Notes under the pieces: model-generated | Told to the model about the DNA's origin: nothing | The model's input: the letters and a program-made list of their open reading frames with translations, nothing else | The model's database searches: none | Program-made: the position numbers and the translations under genes | Assembly: GCA_964564245.1 (NCBI GenBank) | Contig: CAZMAK010000004.1 | Coordinates: 831 to 64,830, forward strand | Direction: 5' to 3' | DNA from: an uncultured Ectothiorhodospiraceae bacterium | Lineage (GTDB): Bacteria; Pseudomonadota; Gammaproteobacteria; UBA9214 | Length of the DNA stretch: 64,000 bases | Shown here: positions 28,250 to 38,604 of the stretch, in pieces | How the letters are laid out: each line of letters starts with the position of its first letter | How positions within the stretch are numbered: the stretch's first letter is position 1

Positions 28250-28726
28250 ATGCGGCTATCCACCAAAGGACGTTATGCGGTCACCGCCATGCTGGATCTC
28301 GCGATTCATCATGCAGAGGGTGCCATTACCCTGTCAGATATCTCCGAGGCGCAGGGTATTTCGCTATCCTACCTGGAACAGCTGTTTGCCCGTCTGCGCA
28401 AGAACGGGCTGGTGGAGGGTATCCGTGGTCCCGGGGGCGGTTACCAGCTGTCCCGGCCGCCGTCGGAAATCTCCGTGGCCGACGTGATCGACGCAATCGG
28501 TGAAGGTGTCGATGTTACCCTGTGCAACGGCAAGACCGACTGCCAGGAAGGTGAACGCTGTCTGACGCACGAACTCTGGTCACAGCTGGGCAGCAGGATC
28601 CACGAATTTCTCGAGAGCGTCACGCTGGCCAGCTTCCTGGAGCGGAAGGATGTCAACGTGGTGATACGCCGCCAGCAGAAGCGTCAGCTGGTTGACGTCC
28701 CCCGGCTGCAGAAAACGGTTGCCTGA
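28250..28726 (+). CDS. iscR: Fe-S cluster assembly transcriptional regulator IscR (Rrf2 family)
   Basis: MRLSTKGRYAVTAMLDLA... Rrf2 HTH and the cluster-ligand Cys triad (C..C.....C) region. Confidence 0.9.
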   Translation: MRLSTKGRYAVTAMLDLAIHHAEGAITLSDISEAQGISLSYLEQLFARLRKNGLVEGIRGPGGGYQLSRPPSEISVADVIDAIGEGVDVTLCNGKTDCQEGERCLTHELWSQLGSRIHEFLESVTLASFLERKDVNVVIRRQQKRQLVDVPRLQKTVA

Positions 28727-28771
28727 GCATTTCCGAATGTACGAACTTCAATATCCAGCAAGGTAGATGGC

Positions 28772-29992
28772 ATGAATATCAGCGTCCCGATTTACATGGA
28801 TTACTCCGCAACCACGCCGGTTGACGAGCGTGTAGCGGAAAAGATGATGAGCTTCCTGACCCGCCAGGGCCAGTTCGGTAACCCGGCCTCGCGCTCGCAC
28901 GTGTTCGGCTGGAAGGCGGAGGAGGCTGTGGAGGAGGCGCGCCGTCAGGTGGCGGCGCTGATCAATGCCGATCCGCGCGAAATCGTCTGGACCTCCGGCG
29001 CCACCGAGTCCGACAATCTGGCGATCAAGGGGGTTGCGCACTTCTACCGGAAGAACGGCAGGCACATCGTCACGCTGAAAACCGAGCACAAGGCAGTGCT
29101 GGACTCCTGCCGCCAGCTCGAACGAGAGGGTTATGAAGTCACCTATCTCGAGCCGGAAGCAAACGGTCTGCTGGACCTGAAGAAGTTCGAGGCGGCGCTG
29201 CGTCCCGACACGATCCTGGCCAGCGTCATGCACGTCAACAACGAGATCGGGGTGATCCAGGATATCGCGACCATCGGTGAAATCTGCCGCGAGCACAAGG
29301 TCATCTTCCACGTCGACGCGGCCCAGAGCGCCGGCAAGATTCCGATCGACATGGCGCAGCTCAAGGTGGACCTGATGTCGTTCTCGGCGCACAAGGTCTA
29401 CGGCCCCAAGGGGATCGGTGCACTGTACGTGCGCCGCAAGCCGCGCGTGCGTGTCGAGGCACAGATGCACGGCGGCGGCCACGAGCGTGGCCTGCGTTCC
29501 GGTACCCTGCCGACCCACCAGATCGCCGGCATGGGCGAGGCGTTCCGCATCGCGCGCGAGGAGATGGCGGAGGAATCGAAACGGGTGGCGGCCCTGCGCG
29601 ACCGGCTCTGGAACGGTCTCAACGAGATGGAAGAGGTGTACCTGAATGGTGATCCCGACCACCGCGTGGCGGGCAACCTGAATGTCAGTTTCAACTACGT
29701 GGAGGGCGAAAGCCTGATCATGGCGCTCAAGGACATGGCGGTCTCGTCCGGATCGGCGTGCACCAGTTCCAGCCTCGAGCCTTCCTACGTGCTGCGTGCG
29801 CTCGGCCGTAACGACGAGCTGGCGCACAGTTCGATACGCTTCACCATCGGGCGCTTCACCACTGCCGAGGAAGTCGATTACATCATCGACATTGTCCGGC
29901 AGAAGGTCGATAAACTGCGCGCGCTGTCACCGCTGTGGGACATGTACAAGGAAGGCATCGACCTCGACTCGGTCAAGTGGGCCGCGCACTAG
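28772..29992 (+). CDS. iscS: Cysteine desulfurase IscS
   Basis: PLP lysine region [12 protein letters not shown] and the active-site loop [21 protein letters not shown], nearly as in E. coli IscS. Confidence 0.95.
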   Translation: MNISVPIYMDYSATTPVDERVAEKMMSFLTRQGQFGNPASRSHVFGWKAEEAVEEARRQVAALINADPREIVWTSGATESDNLAIKGVAHFYRKNGRHIVTLKTEHKAVLDSCRQLEREGYEVTYLEPEANGLLDLKKFEAALRPDTILASVMHVNNEIGVIQDIATIGEICREHKVIFHVDAAQSAGKIPIDMAQLKVDLMSFSAHKVYGPKGIGALYVRRKPRVRVEAQMHGGGHERGLRSGTLPTHQIAGMGEAFRIAREEMAEESKRVAALRDRLWNGLNEMEEVYLNGDPDHRVAGNLNVSFNYVEGESLIMALKDMAVSSGSACTSSSLEPSYVLRALGRNDELAHSSIRFTIGRFTTAEEVDYIIDIVRQKVDKLRALSPLWDMYKEGIDLDSVKWAAH

Positions 29993-30074
29993 GACGCCCG
30001 CTGCCCGGGACGGGCGGGACGGTTTCCCGGGCTGGCTGAATGAATACCTGTCGAACACAAGCTGATTACTGAAT

Positions 30075-30398
30075 ATGGCAATTACATTAACGGAAAAAGC
30101 GGCGGACCGGATCCGCGATTACCTGGCACAGCGCGGCAAGGGCGTCGCCCTGCGGCTGGGGGTCAGGACCACGGGCTGCTCCGGCATGGCCTACGTCATG
30201 GAATACGCCGACGAGATCGCCGATGACGACGTCGTGTTCGAGGACCATGGCGTGCGGGTGATCGTCAACCCGAAAAGCCTGGTCTACCTGGACGGAACCG
30301 AGCTGGATTTCGCCCGCGAGGGTCTGAACGAAGGCTTCAGATTCAACAATCCCAACGTCAAGGACACGTGTGGTTGCGGCGAAAGCTTCAACGTCTGA
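30075..30398 (+). CDS. iscA: Iron-sulfur cluster assembly A-type carrier IscA
   Basis: GCSGMAY...CGCGESF signature, 107 aa. Confidence 0.9.
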   Translation: MAITLTEKAADRIRDYLAQRGKGVALRLGVRTTGCSGMAYVMEYADEIADDDVVFEDHGVRVIVNPKSLVYLDGTELDFAREGLNEGFRFNNPNVKDTCGCGESFNV

Positions 30399-30438
30399 AC
30401 GCGGCGGTCGCTGACCACACACCGGAACTGCAAGCGCC

Positions 30439-30993
30439 GTGATGACCCCGGAGTCTGTCCCTACGTATTTTGAACTGTTCGACCTGCCGCTGTCCTTTGA
30501 TGTCGACCGGCAACGGCTGGACACGCGTTTCCGCGACCTGCAGCGCGCCGTGCATCCCGATCGCTTCGTCAATGCCGGCGATGCCGAGCGCCGCGCTTCC
30601 GTGCAGCGGGCCACGCACATCAATGAGGCTTACCAGACGCTCAAGGATCCGCTGCGGCGCGGGCGTTACCTGCTGGAACTGGCGGGTATCGACCACAATG
30701 ACGAGCACCGTACCACGCGGGATGCCGGCTTCCTGATGGAACAGATGGAACTGCGCGAGGAGCTGGCGGCGGTGCGGGATGCCCCCGATCCGTTCGCCGC
30801 CCTGGGTGACATCCAGCAGCGGATCGGCGCCGAATTCGATCGCCTGGCCGATGCCGTCGGCGACCTGCTCGACACGACGGATCCCGTCAGGCTGGACGCT
30901 GCCGGTGAACTGCTGATGAAGATGCAGTTCTACCGGCGCCTGCAGGACGAGGCGGTCGAACAGGAAGTCCTGCTCGAAGACGGGCTGGCATGA
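30439..30993 (+). CDS. hscB: Fe-S protein assembly co-chaperone HscB
   Basis: J-domain with HPD ([10 protein letters not shown]). GTG at 30439 or ATG at 30442. Confidence 0.85.
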   Translation: MMTPESVPTYFELFDLPLSFDVDRQRLDTRFRDLQRAVHPDRFVNAGDAERRASVQRATHINEAYQTLKDPLRRGRYLLELAGIDHNDEHRTTRDAGFLMEQMELREELAAVRDAPDPFAALGDIQQRIGAEFDRLADAVGDLLDTTDPVRLDAAGELLMKMQFYRRLQDEAVEQEVLLEDGLA

Positions 30994-31042
30994 GCCGGCC
31001 CGATCACTGACAATTGGCGCCACTTCAAACCGGACCACACCC

Positions 31043-32920
31043 ATGGCCCTGATACAGATCTCCGAACCCGGACAATCCACTGTGCCGCACCAGCACCGGC
31101 TGGCCGCGGGTATTGACCTCGGCACCACCAATTCGCTGGTCGCCAGTGTCCGCAGTGGCGTGGCCAGGACACTGCCGGATGCCGAAGGCAGGCACCTGCT
31201 GCCCTCGGTGGTGCGCTATCGTGCCGGGCAGCCGCCGCAGGTGGGGCAGGCGGCGCTGGACGTGGCCGTGGACGACCCGCTCAATACCATCGCCTCGGTC
31301 AAGCGCCTGATGGGGCGCGGTATCGCCGATGTGCGGCATATCGGTGCCGGGCTGCCCTGGGAATTCATCAGTGGCAGCAGCGCCATGCCGCTGATCCGTA
31401 CCGTCGCCGGGGACGTCAGCCCGGTCGAGGTTTCCGCCGAGATCCTGCGCAACCTGAAACGGCGTGCAGAGGACACGCTGGGCGGCGAGTTGCAGGGTGT
31501 GGTCATCACCGTACCGGCCTATTTCGACGAGGCGCAGCGCCAGGCCACCAAGGACGCTGCGCGGCTGGCCGGTCTGAACGTGTTGCGCCTGCTCAACGAA
31601 CCGACCGCTGCTGCCGTCGCCTACGGGCTCGACCGGGGCTCCGAAGGCGTGATCGCGATCTATGACCTGGGCGGCGGCACGTTTGATATCTCCATCCTGC
31701 GTCTCAACCATGGCGTGTTCGAGGTGATGTCCACGGCCGGTGATACCGCGCTCGGCGGCGATGACATGGATCGCGCCATCGCCGGCTGGATCATGGAGCA
31801 GGCCGGTATCCGTGACGATGCCGGTCACAGCGTCCTGCGTCACCTGATGCAGCTGGCGCGCGCGGTCAAGGAGGCCCTCACGGACCGGGACCAGGTCGAG
31901 GTGCATACCCCGCACGGGGTCGGCGGACAATGGAGCGGGGTACTGACCCGCGAGGCCTTCAACGAACTGGTCCGGCCACTGGTGGAGAAGAGCCTCGGCC
32001 CGTGCCGGCGCGCGCTGCGCGATGCCGGTGTACGCACGGACGAGGTGCAGGCCGTGGTCATGGTGGGTGGCTCGACGCGTGTACCGCTCGTGCGTCAACG
32101 GGTGGCGGAGTTTTTCCGGGCCGAGCCGATGCTCGATATCGACCCGGACCGGGTGGTCGCGGTGGGCGCGGCCATCCAGGCCGATATCCTGGCCGGCAAC
32201 AAGCCCGACGCGGACATGCTGCTGCTGGATGTCATTCCGCTGTCCCTGGGGCTGGAGACCATGGGCGGGCTGGCGGAACGGATCATTCCCCGCAACACCA
32301 CGATCCCGACCGCGCGTGCACAGGAATTCACGACGTTCCGGGACGGGCAGACCGCGATGTCCCTGCACGTGGTGCAGGGCGAGCGTGAACTGGTGGAGGA
32401 TTGCCGTTCGCTGGCCCGCTTCGAGTTGCGCGACATCCCCCCCATGGTGGCCGGTGCCGCCCGCATCCGGGTCACTTTCCAGGTCGATGCCGACGGCCTG
32501 CTGAGCGTCACCGCCGAGGAACAGACACAGGGCGTCAGGAGCAGTATCGGGATCAAGCCGTCCTACGGCCTGAGCGACCGCGAGATCGAGACCATGCTGA
32601 AGGACTCGATCGACAGTGCCGCGGAGGACCGGGATGCGCGGCGCCTGCGCGAGGAGCAGGTGGAGGCAGACCGGGTGCTGGAGGCGCTGCGCGCCGCGCT
32701 GGCCAGCGACGGGGACGAACTGCTCGACGCCGCCGAGCGCGCCACCATCGATGCCACCGCCGCCCGCCTTGCCGAGACGCGTTCGGGCACCGATTACCGC
32801 GCCATCAAACAGGCAATCAGGGACGTGGAAAAGGCCAGCAGTGGCTTCGTGGAGCGACGGATGAACCGCAGCATCCGCAAGGCCATGGCCGGCCATGCCA
32901 TCGACGAATTCAGCAGCTGA
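31043..32920 (+). CDS. hscA: Fe-S protein assembly chaperone HscA (Hsp70 family)
   Basis: [14 protein letters not shown] and Hsp70 signatures, 625 aa. Confidence 0.95.
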   Translation: MALIQISEPGQSTVPHQHRLAAGIDLGTTNSLVASVRSGVARTLPDAEGRHLLPSVVRYRAGQPPQVGQAALDVAVDDPLNTIASVKRLMGRGIADVRHIGAGLPWEFISGSSAMPLIRTVAGDVSPVEVSAEILRNLKRRAEDTLGGELQGVVITVPAYFDEAQRQATKDAARLAGLNVLRLLNEPTAAAVAYGLDRGSEGVIAIYDLGGGTFDISILRLNHGVFEVMSTAGDTALGGDDMDRAIAGWIMEQAGIRDDAGHSVLRHLMQLARAVKEALTDRDQVEVHTPHGVGGQWSGVLTREAFNELVRPLVEKSLGPCRRALRDAGVRTDEVQAVVMVGGSTRVPLVRQRVAEFFRAEPMLDIDPDRVVAVGAAIQADILAGNKPDADMLLLDVIPLSLGLETMGGLAERIIPRNTTIPTARAQEFTTFRDGQTAMSLHVVQGERELVEDCRSLARFELRDIPPMVAGAARIRVTFQVDADGLLSVTAEEQTQGVRSSIGIKPSYGLSDREIETMLKDSIDSAAEDRDARRLREEQVEADRVLEALRAALASDGDELLDAAERATIDATAARLAETRSGTDYRAIKQAIRDVEKASSGFVERRMNRSIRKAMAGHAIDEFSS

Positions 32921-32950
32921 CATCCACGGACCCGGACGGAACTTCCCAGC

Positions 32951-33289
32951 ATGACGCAAATCATCTTTCTGCCCCACGAGGAAATCTGCCCGGAGGGCGC
33001 CGTGATCCAGGTAGATCCGGGTATCACGATCTGTGACGCGGCCCTGAAGAACGGGATCGAGATCGAGCATGCCTGTGAAAAATCCTGCGCCTGCACCACC
33101 TGTCATGTGTATATTCGCGAGGGCGGCGACTCGCTCAGTGAATCGAGCGAGGAGGAGGATGACCTGCTCGACAAGGCGTGGGGGCTGGAGCCGGATTCAC
33201 GGCTGAGTTGCCAGACGGTGGTGGGTGACGCCGACCTGGTGGTCGAGATCCCGAAATACACCATCAACATGGTGAGCGAGAATCACTGA
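32951..33289 (+). CDS. fdx: ISC-system [2Fe-2S] ferredoxin
   Basis: Adrenodoxin-type Cys pattern (C..SCACTTCH ... C), 112 aa. Confidence 0.9.
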   Translation: MTQIIFLPHEEICPEGAVIQVDPGITICDAALKNGIEIEHACEKSCACTTCHVYIREGGDSLSESSEEEDDLLDKAWGLEPDSRLSCQTVVGDADLVVEIPKYTINMVSENH

Positions 33290-33338
33290 ACGCAGGGCTG
33301 ACACCCACGGAGTGTGGGAACCCTTACCGGAGTGGAAC

Positions 33339-33539
33339 ATGGCACTGAAATGGACGGATACCGTGGATATTGCGATCGAGCTGGAGGAGATCTATCCGAA
33401 CGTCGATCCCATGCGGATCAACTTTGTCGATCTGCGCAAATGGGTACTCGAACTGGACGACTTCGATGACGAGCCGGAGCATTGTGGTGAACGCATCCTC
33501 GAGGCCATCCAGCTGGCGTGGATGGAAGAGCGCGGCTAG
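33339..33539 (+). CDS. iscX: Fe-S assembly protein IscX
   Basis: MALKWTDTVDIAIELEEIYPNVDP... is typical of IscX/YfhJ, 66 aa. The track ORF starts 27 nt earlier. Confidence 0.85.
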   Translation: MALKWTDTVDIAIELEEIYPNVDPMRINFVDLRKWVLELDDFDDEPEHCGERILEAIQLAWMEERG

Positions 33540-33823
33540 CAGCCTGTCGGACCCGGGACGGAACCCGTTTCCCCGGTGACAGTAGCGGATTGTCCAGGTC
33601 TTTCCTAAGTAGTTGATATCCGTTCCCTTCCGGCGTTCCGCCACGGGCGGGCCGCGGCAGAAATCCGTACCCGGCAGTCGCCACATTCCATTCACTCTTC
33701 CAACCTTGTATATTACGCGGCCTTGTTCCTGCCGGTTTTTCCGCTGGATATCGCCCGGACACGTGCGTGACCGGGTTCCCCTGATCGTAAATATTCAGAA
33801 AACCAGACCTAAAGAGGGTAGTC

Positions 33824-34798
33824 ATGGCCGTAAGAAATCGTCTGCACCGTAGTGAACTGGCCGTCCCCGGCAGCAATACGCGCATGCTGGAAAAGGCCCC
33901 GGCCGCCGGCGCCGACGTGGTGTTCCTGGATCTCGAGGACGCGGTGGCACCGGACGACAAGGTACAGGCGCGCAGGAATGTCATCCAGGCGCTGAATGAC
34001 CTCGACTGGTCGAACTGCTCGGTATCCGTGCGCATCAACGGACTGGACACCCATTACTGCTATCGCGACATCGTCGAGGTGGTCGAGCAGGCCGGTAACC
34101 GGCTCGATACCATCCTCATCCCCAAGGTCAATCGCCCGGCCGATATCCTGTTCGTCTCCACCCTGCTGGAACAGATCGAGGCGGCGCAGGGCATCAAGCC
34201 GATCAACCTGCATATCCTGATCGAAACCGCCATGGGCATGGCCAATGTCGAGAGCATTGCCCAGACCTGCCCGGAACGGCTCGAGGCGATGGTGTTCGGT
34301 GTGGCCGACTACGCCGCATCCACCCAGGCGCGCACCACCAGCATGGGCGGCGCCAATCCCGATTACTACATGCTGACCCACCCGGACAATGACGGTGCGC
34401 GCGAGCGGCACTGGGGTGACCAGTGGCATTTCGCCATCTCGCGCATGGTGGTGGCCTGCCGTGCCTACGGCCTGCGGCCGATCGACGGTCCGTTTGGCGA
34501 TATTTCCGACCCGGATGGCTACACCGCGGTTTCCCGCAGCGTGGCGGCACTCGGGGTGGAGGGCAAGTGGGCGATTCATCCCTCGCAGATAGCGCTCGCC
34601 AACGAGGTGTTCACCCCCGCGGCGAAGGAAGTGGATCGCGCACGTCGCATCCTGGCCGCGATGGAGGAGGCAGCCAGGCAGGGCAAGGGTGCGGTGGCGC
34701 TGGACGGCCGCCTGATCGATGCCGCCTCGATCCGCCAGGCACAGGTGCTGGTGAGCAAGGCGGACCAGATCGAACAATCACTCGCCGGCCGCAGCTAA
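33824..34798 (+). CDS. mcl: L-malyl-CoA/beta-methylmalyl-CoA lyase (HpcH/HpaI-CitE family)
   Basis: Very close resemblance along the whole length to Methylobacterium MclA as I recall it (LHRSELAVPGSN..., DVVFLDLEDAVAPDDK, RINGLDTHY, GKWAIHPSQI). Confidence 0.85.
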   Translation: MAVRNRLHRSELAVPGSNTRMLEKAPAAGADVVFLDLEDAVAPDDKVQARRNVIQALNDLDWSNCSVSVRINGLDTHYCYRDIVEVVEQAGNRLDTILIPKVNRPADILFVSTLLEQIEAAQGIKPINLHILIETAMGMANVESIAQTCPERLEAMVFGVADYAASTQARTTSMGGANPDYYMLTHPDNDGARERHWGDQWHFAISRMVVACRAYGLRPIDGPFGDISDPDGYTAVSRSVAALGVEGKWAIHPSQIALANEVFTPAAKEVDRARRILAAMEEAARQGKGAVALDGRLIDAASIRQAQVLVSKADQIEQSLAGRS

Positions 34799-34823
34799 CC
34801 GGACACAGAGCGGAGAAAGCCAA

Positions 34824-35993
34824 GTGAATATCCATGAATACCAGACCAAGGAACTGTTGCGCGGCTACGGGGTACCGGTTCCGGAAGGGCGCGTGACACA
34901 CACCGTCGACAATGCAGCCACTATCGCCGAGGACCTCGGTGGCGAGCGCTGGGTGGTAAAGGCGCAGATTCATGCCGGTGGTCGTGGCAAGGGTGGTGGC
35001 GTGAAGGTCGCCACCACCCTGGATGAAGTCCGCCAGCATACCAACGCCATGCTGGGCACCCGCCTGGTGACACCACAGACCGGACCGGAAGGGCGGCTGG
35101 TGCAGCGGGTACTGGTCGAGCAGGCCAGTGCCATCGAGAAGGAATACTACCTCGGCATGGTCATCGACCGCGGCAGCCAGCGCGTCACGGTGATCGCCTC
35201 GGCCTCCGGCGGCATGAATATCGAGGATGTGGCAAAGACCGCGCCGGAAAAGGTCATTCGCGAGTCGGTTGATCCGGCGGTCGGCCTGATGAGCTTCCAG
35301 TGCCGCAAGATTGCCGCGAAGATCGGCCTGCGCGGCAAGCAGATCAGCGCCGCCACCAAGCTGATGCTGGCGCTGTACCGCTGTTTCCGGGACAAGGATG
35401 CCCTGCTGGTCGAGATCAATCCGCTGGCCGAGGTCGATGGTGGCCGGCTGATCGCGCTGGATGCCAAGATGTCCTTCGATGGCAACGCCCTGTACCGTCA
35501 TTCCGATATCACCGAGCTGCGTGATTTCGACGAGGAGGATCCGAAGGAGGTCGAGGCGACCGGCCACGGCCTCAACTACATCGCACTGGACGGCAACGTC
35601 GGCTGCATCGTGAACGGGGCGGGGCTGGCCATGGCGACCATGGATGCCATCAGTTTCCACCAGGGCAGGCCGGCCAACTTCCTCGATGTCGGTGGCGGCG
35701 CCTCGCCGGAAAAGGTCGGTAATGCCTTCCGGATCGTCCTGCAGGACCCGAATGTCAGGATCATCCTGGTCAACATCTTCGCCGGTATCAATCGCTGTGA
35801 CTGGATCGCGGAAGGACTGGTCCAGGCGATGCGCGACCAGCAGATCGACGTGCCGATCGTGGTGCGGCTGGCCGGCACCAACGTCGAACTGGGTGCGCCG
35901 ATCCTGGAGCAGTCCGGTTTCCCGTTCATCATGGCGGACAACCTCGATGACGCCGCCACCAGGGTCATGGCTACACTGGGAGCGTCCTCATGA
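34824..35993 (+). CDS. mtkA: Malate--CoA ligase (malate thiokinase) beta subunit, SucC paralogue
   Basis: GTG start with GGAGAAAG RBS. The LVTPQTGPEG, ALDAKMSFD.NAL, VNIFAGINRCDW and RLAGTNV motifs match my recollection of MtkA better than E. coli SucC. Genomic link to mcl. Confidence 0.75.
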   Translation: MNIHEYQTKELLRGYGVPVPEGRVTHTVDNAATIAEDLGGERWVVKAQIHAGGRGKGGGVKVATTLDEVRQHTNAMLGTRLVTPQTGPEGRLVQRVLVEQASAIEKEYYLGMVIDRGSQRVTVIASASGGMNIEDVAKTAPEKVIRESVDPAVGLMSFQCRKIAAKIGLRGKQISAATKLMLALYRCFRDKDALLVEINPLAEVDGGRLIALDAKMSFDGNALYRHSDITELRDFDEEDPKEVEATGHGLNYIALDGNVGCIVNGAGLAMATMDAISFHQGRPANFLDVGGGASPEKVGNAFRIVLQDPNVRIILVNIFAGINRCDWIAEGLVQAMRDQQIDVPIVVRLAGTNVELGAPILEQSGFPFIMADNLDDAATRVMATLGASS

Positions 35994-36859
35994 GCGTATT
36001 CGTACACAAGCACTCGCGCGTCATCATCCAGGGTTTCACCGGCCAGCATGCCACCTTTCACGCCGAGGAGGCGATGCAGCACGGCACCACGGTGGTGGGC
36101 GGCGTGACTCCGGGCAAGGGTGGACAGGAGCATCTCGGCCTGCCGGTGTTCGATACCGTGCACCAGGCCGTGGAGCAGACCGGCGCCGACGTGTCCGGCA
36201 TCTTCGTGCCGCCGCCGTTTGCCGCGGACGCCATCATGGAGGCGATCGAGGCCGGTATCGGCGTGGTGGTGGTGATCGCCGACGGAATCCCCGTGCAGGA
36301 CATGGTGCGGGTCAAACGCTATGCCAAGGACCACAATACCGTGATCATCGGTCCGAACACCCCGGGTATCATCACCCCGGATGCCTGCAAGGTGGGCATC
36401 ATGCCCTCGCACATCTACACGCCGGGCCGGATCGGCGTGGTGTCACGGTCGGGCACGCTCAACTACGAGGCGGTACAGCAGATGTCGAAACTCGGCATGG
36501 GCCAGTCCACCTCGGTCGGTATCGGTGGCGACCCGGTCAACGGCACGGACTTCGTCACCGTGCTGCGCGCCTTCGAGCAGGATCCGGAGACCGACGCGGT
36601 GATCATGATCGGCGAGATCGGCGGCCAGCAGGAGGTCGAAGCGGCCCGCTGGGCACGCGACAACATGGAAAAGCCGGTGGTCGGGTTCATCGCCGGCGTC
36701 TCGGCACCGCCGGGCCGGCGCATGGGGCATGCAGGCGCCATCATCTCCGGTCAGGCCGACACTGCCAACGCCAAGATGGACGTGATGGAGCAACTGGGCA
36801 TTCACGTGGTGCGCAACCCGGCACAGATCGGCGAGACCGCCCATCGCGTATTTTCCTGA
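35990..36859 (+). CDS. mtkB: Malate--CoA ligase alpha subunit, SucD paralogue
   Basis: CoA-binding fold and the phosphohistidine loop (GHAGAIISG). ATGA overlap with mtkA. Confidence 0.75.
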   Translation: MSVFVHKHSRVIIQGFTGQHATFHAEEAMQHGTTVVGGVTPGKGGQEHLGLPVFDTVHQAVEQTGADVSGIFVPPPFAADAIMEAIEAGIGVVVVIADGIPVQDMVRVKRYAKDHNTVIIGPNTPGIITPDACKVGIMPSHIYTPGRIGVVSRSGTLNYEAVQQMSKLGMGQSTSVGIGGDPVNGTDFVTVLRAFEQDPETDAVIMIGEIGGQQEVEAARWARDNMEKPVVGFIAGVSAPPGRRMGHAGAIISGQADTANAKMDVMEQLGIHVVRNPAQIGETAHRVFS

Positions 36860-36871
36860 ACTTTGACTAAC

Positions 36872-36939
36872 GGGGTCAGCGCACAATTTTTCCTGATATT
36901 CCTGCGCAGGAATATCAGGAATAATTGTGCTCTGACCCC
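36872..36939. repeat. 68-nt near-perfect inverted repeat (33-nt arms, 31/33 complementary)
   Basis: GGGGTCAGCGCACAATTTTTCCTGATATTCCTG-cg-CAGGAATATCAGGAATAATTGTGCTCTGACCCC, starting 13 nt after the mtkB stop. No T-run on either side. Confidence 0.85.
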
Positions 36940-37052
36940 ACTCCGTCATTGCTTGCATGCCGTCTTGCGCTTAAACTACCCGCTTGAATTTATTCACTAA
37001 GCTCCCGTTTTATGACGGGTTTCTTATTTTCGGGATATTTCTGGAGTATGGC

Positions 37053-37481
37053 ATGGCAATTGAGCGGACTTTCTCCATCATCAAACCGGACGCAGTCGCC
37101 AGCAATGTGATTGGCGAGATCGTCAGCCGTTTTGAAAAAAACGGCCTGCGTATCGTCGCAATGAAGATGCTGCACCTGACCCGGGAGCAGGCACAGGGCT
37201 TTTATGCGGTGCACAGGGAACGTCCGTTCTACAACGACCTGGTCGATTTCATGACCTCCGGGCCGGTGGTAGTGCAGGTGCTGGAGGGCGAGGATGCCAT
37301 CCGCAGGAACCGGGAACTGATGGGCGCCACCAACCCGGCCGACGCTGCAGCGGGGACGATCCGCGCCGATTTTGCAAAGACCGTGGAAGAGAATGCCGTG
37401 CACGGCTCCGATGCAGCGGAGACCGCGGCACAGGAAATCGCGTTTTTCTTCGGTGACGGGATCTGTCCGCGAACCCGCTAA
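37053..37481 (+). CDS. ndk: Nucleoside diphosphate kinase
   Basis: [15 protein letters not shown]...NAVHGSD. GGAG RBS. The track ORF begins 69 nt upstream. Confidence 0.95.
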   Translation: MAIERTFSIIKPDAVASNVIGEIVSRFEKNGLRIVAMKMLHLTREQAQGFYAVHRERPFYNDLVDFMTSGPVVVQVLEGEDAIRRNRELMGATNPADAAAGTIRADFAKTVEENAVHGSDAAETAAQEIAFFFGDGICPRTR

Positions 37482-37503
37482 CGATTCACCGGTCGAACCC
37501 CGC

Positions 37504-38604
37504 ATGACCCCCACTCCCCGGCAAAACCTGCTTGACCTCGACCGCGTCGGGCTGGAGGCGTTCTTCACCGCGCTTGGTGAAAAACCCTTTCGCGCGACCC
37601 AGCTCATGAAGTGGGTGTACGGACACGGGGTGGCGGATTTCGCAGCCATGACCAACATCAGCAAGGGCCTGCAGGCACGCCTGCAGGAACTCGCCGAGAT
37701 TCGTCTGCCGGAGGTCGCCGCGGACCAGGCGTCCGATGACGGTTCGCGCAAATGGCTGTTCCGGCTGGCGGACGGCAACAGCATCGAGACCGTATTCATC
37801 CCCGAGGCGGATCGCGGCACGCTGTGTGTTTCCTCGCAGGTGGGCTGCATGCTCAACTGCAGCTTCTGCTCCACCGCGCGGCAGGGATTCAACCGCAATC
37901 TGGAAAGCGGGGAAATCATCGCCCAGCTGTGGATGGCGGCCCGCCTGCTCGGCCAGCGCGCGGACAGCGAACGCGTGATTTCCAACGTGGTGATGATGGG
38001 TATGGGCGAGCCGCTGCTCAACTATGACAACGTGGTGCGCGCCATGCGACTCATGCTGGATGACTTCGGGTACGGACTCTCGAAACGCCGCATCACCCTC
38101 AGCACGGCCGGCGTGGTGCCGATGATCCGCCGGCTGCGCGAGGATTGCGATGTCAGCCTGGCGGTGTCCCTGCATGCGCCGAATGATGCATTGCGCAGCG
38201 AACTGGTTCCGCTGAACCGCAAGTACCCGATCCGCGAGCTGCTCGATACCTGCCGGGAATACGTGGGCGAGGGCCGCCGCCGGGTGACCTTCGAGTATGT
38301 CATGCTGGCGGGGGTCAATGACACGGACCGGCATGCACGGGAACTGGTGGAATGCCTGGCCGGGGTGCCGGCCAAGATCAACCTGATTCCGTTCAATCCG
38401 TTCCCGCAGACGTGTTACACACGCAGTTCCAACAACCGGATTCACCGTTTCTTCGAGATCCTGAACCAGGCCGGCATCGTCACGATCACCCGCAGGACAC
38501 GCGGCGATGACATCGATGCCGCATGCGGACAGCTGGCCGGGGAATTTCACGACCGCACGCGCCGGCGCGCGCACAGCCGTCCTGCAGAGGTGACACCGCC
38601 ATGA
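37504..38604 (+). CDS. rlmN: 23S rRNA/tRNA m2A methyltransferase RlmN (radical SAM)
   Basis: [11 protein letters not shown]... and the radical-SAM motif CMLNCSFC. Start trimmed to [10 protein letters not shown]. Confidence 0.9.
   Translation: MTPTPRQNLLDLDRVGLEAFFTALGEKPFRATQLMKWVYGHGVADFAAMTNISKGLQARLQELAEIRLPEVAADQASDDGSRKWLFRLADGNSIETVFIPEADRGTLCVSSQVGCMLNCSFCSTARQGFNRNLESGEIIAQLWMAARLLGQRADSERVISNVVMMGMGEPLLNYDNVVRAMRLMLDDFGYGLSKRRITLSTAGVVPMIRRLREDCDVSLAVSLHAPNDALRSELVPLNRKYPIRELLDTCREYVGEGRRRVTFEYVMLAGVNDTDRHARELVECLAGVPAKINLIPFNPFPQTCYTRSSNNRIHRFFEILNQAGIVTITRRTRGDDIDAACGQLAGEFHDRTRRRAHSRPAEVTPP

Noticed and set aside
31025-33106. 693-aa minus-strand ORF opposite hscA/fdx. Similar long antisense ORFs occur at 28748..29827, 34611..35660, 37486..38811, 47089..49068, 53386..54570, 58828..60897 and 61941..63104.
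   Set aside because: Every one lies opposite a confidently identified housekeeping gene and shows the same Arg/Gly/Pro/His-rich composition. Long stop-free antisense frames are expected at this GC content.
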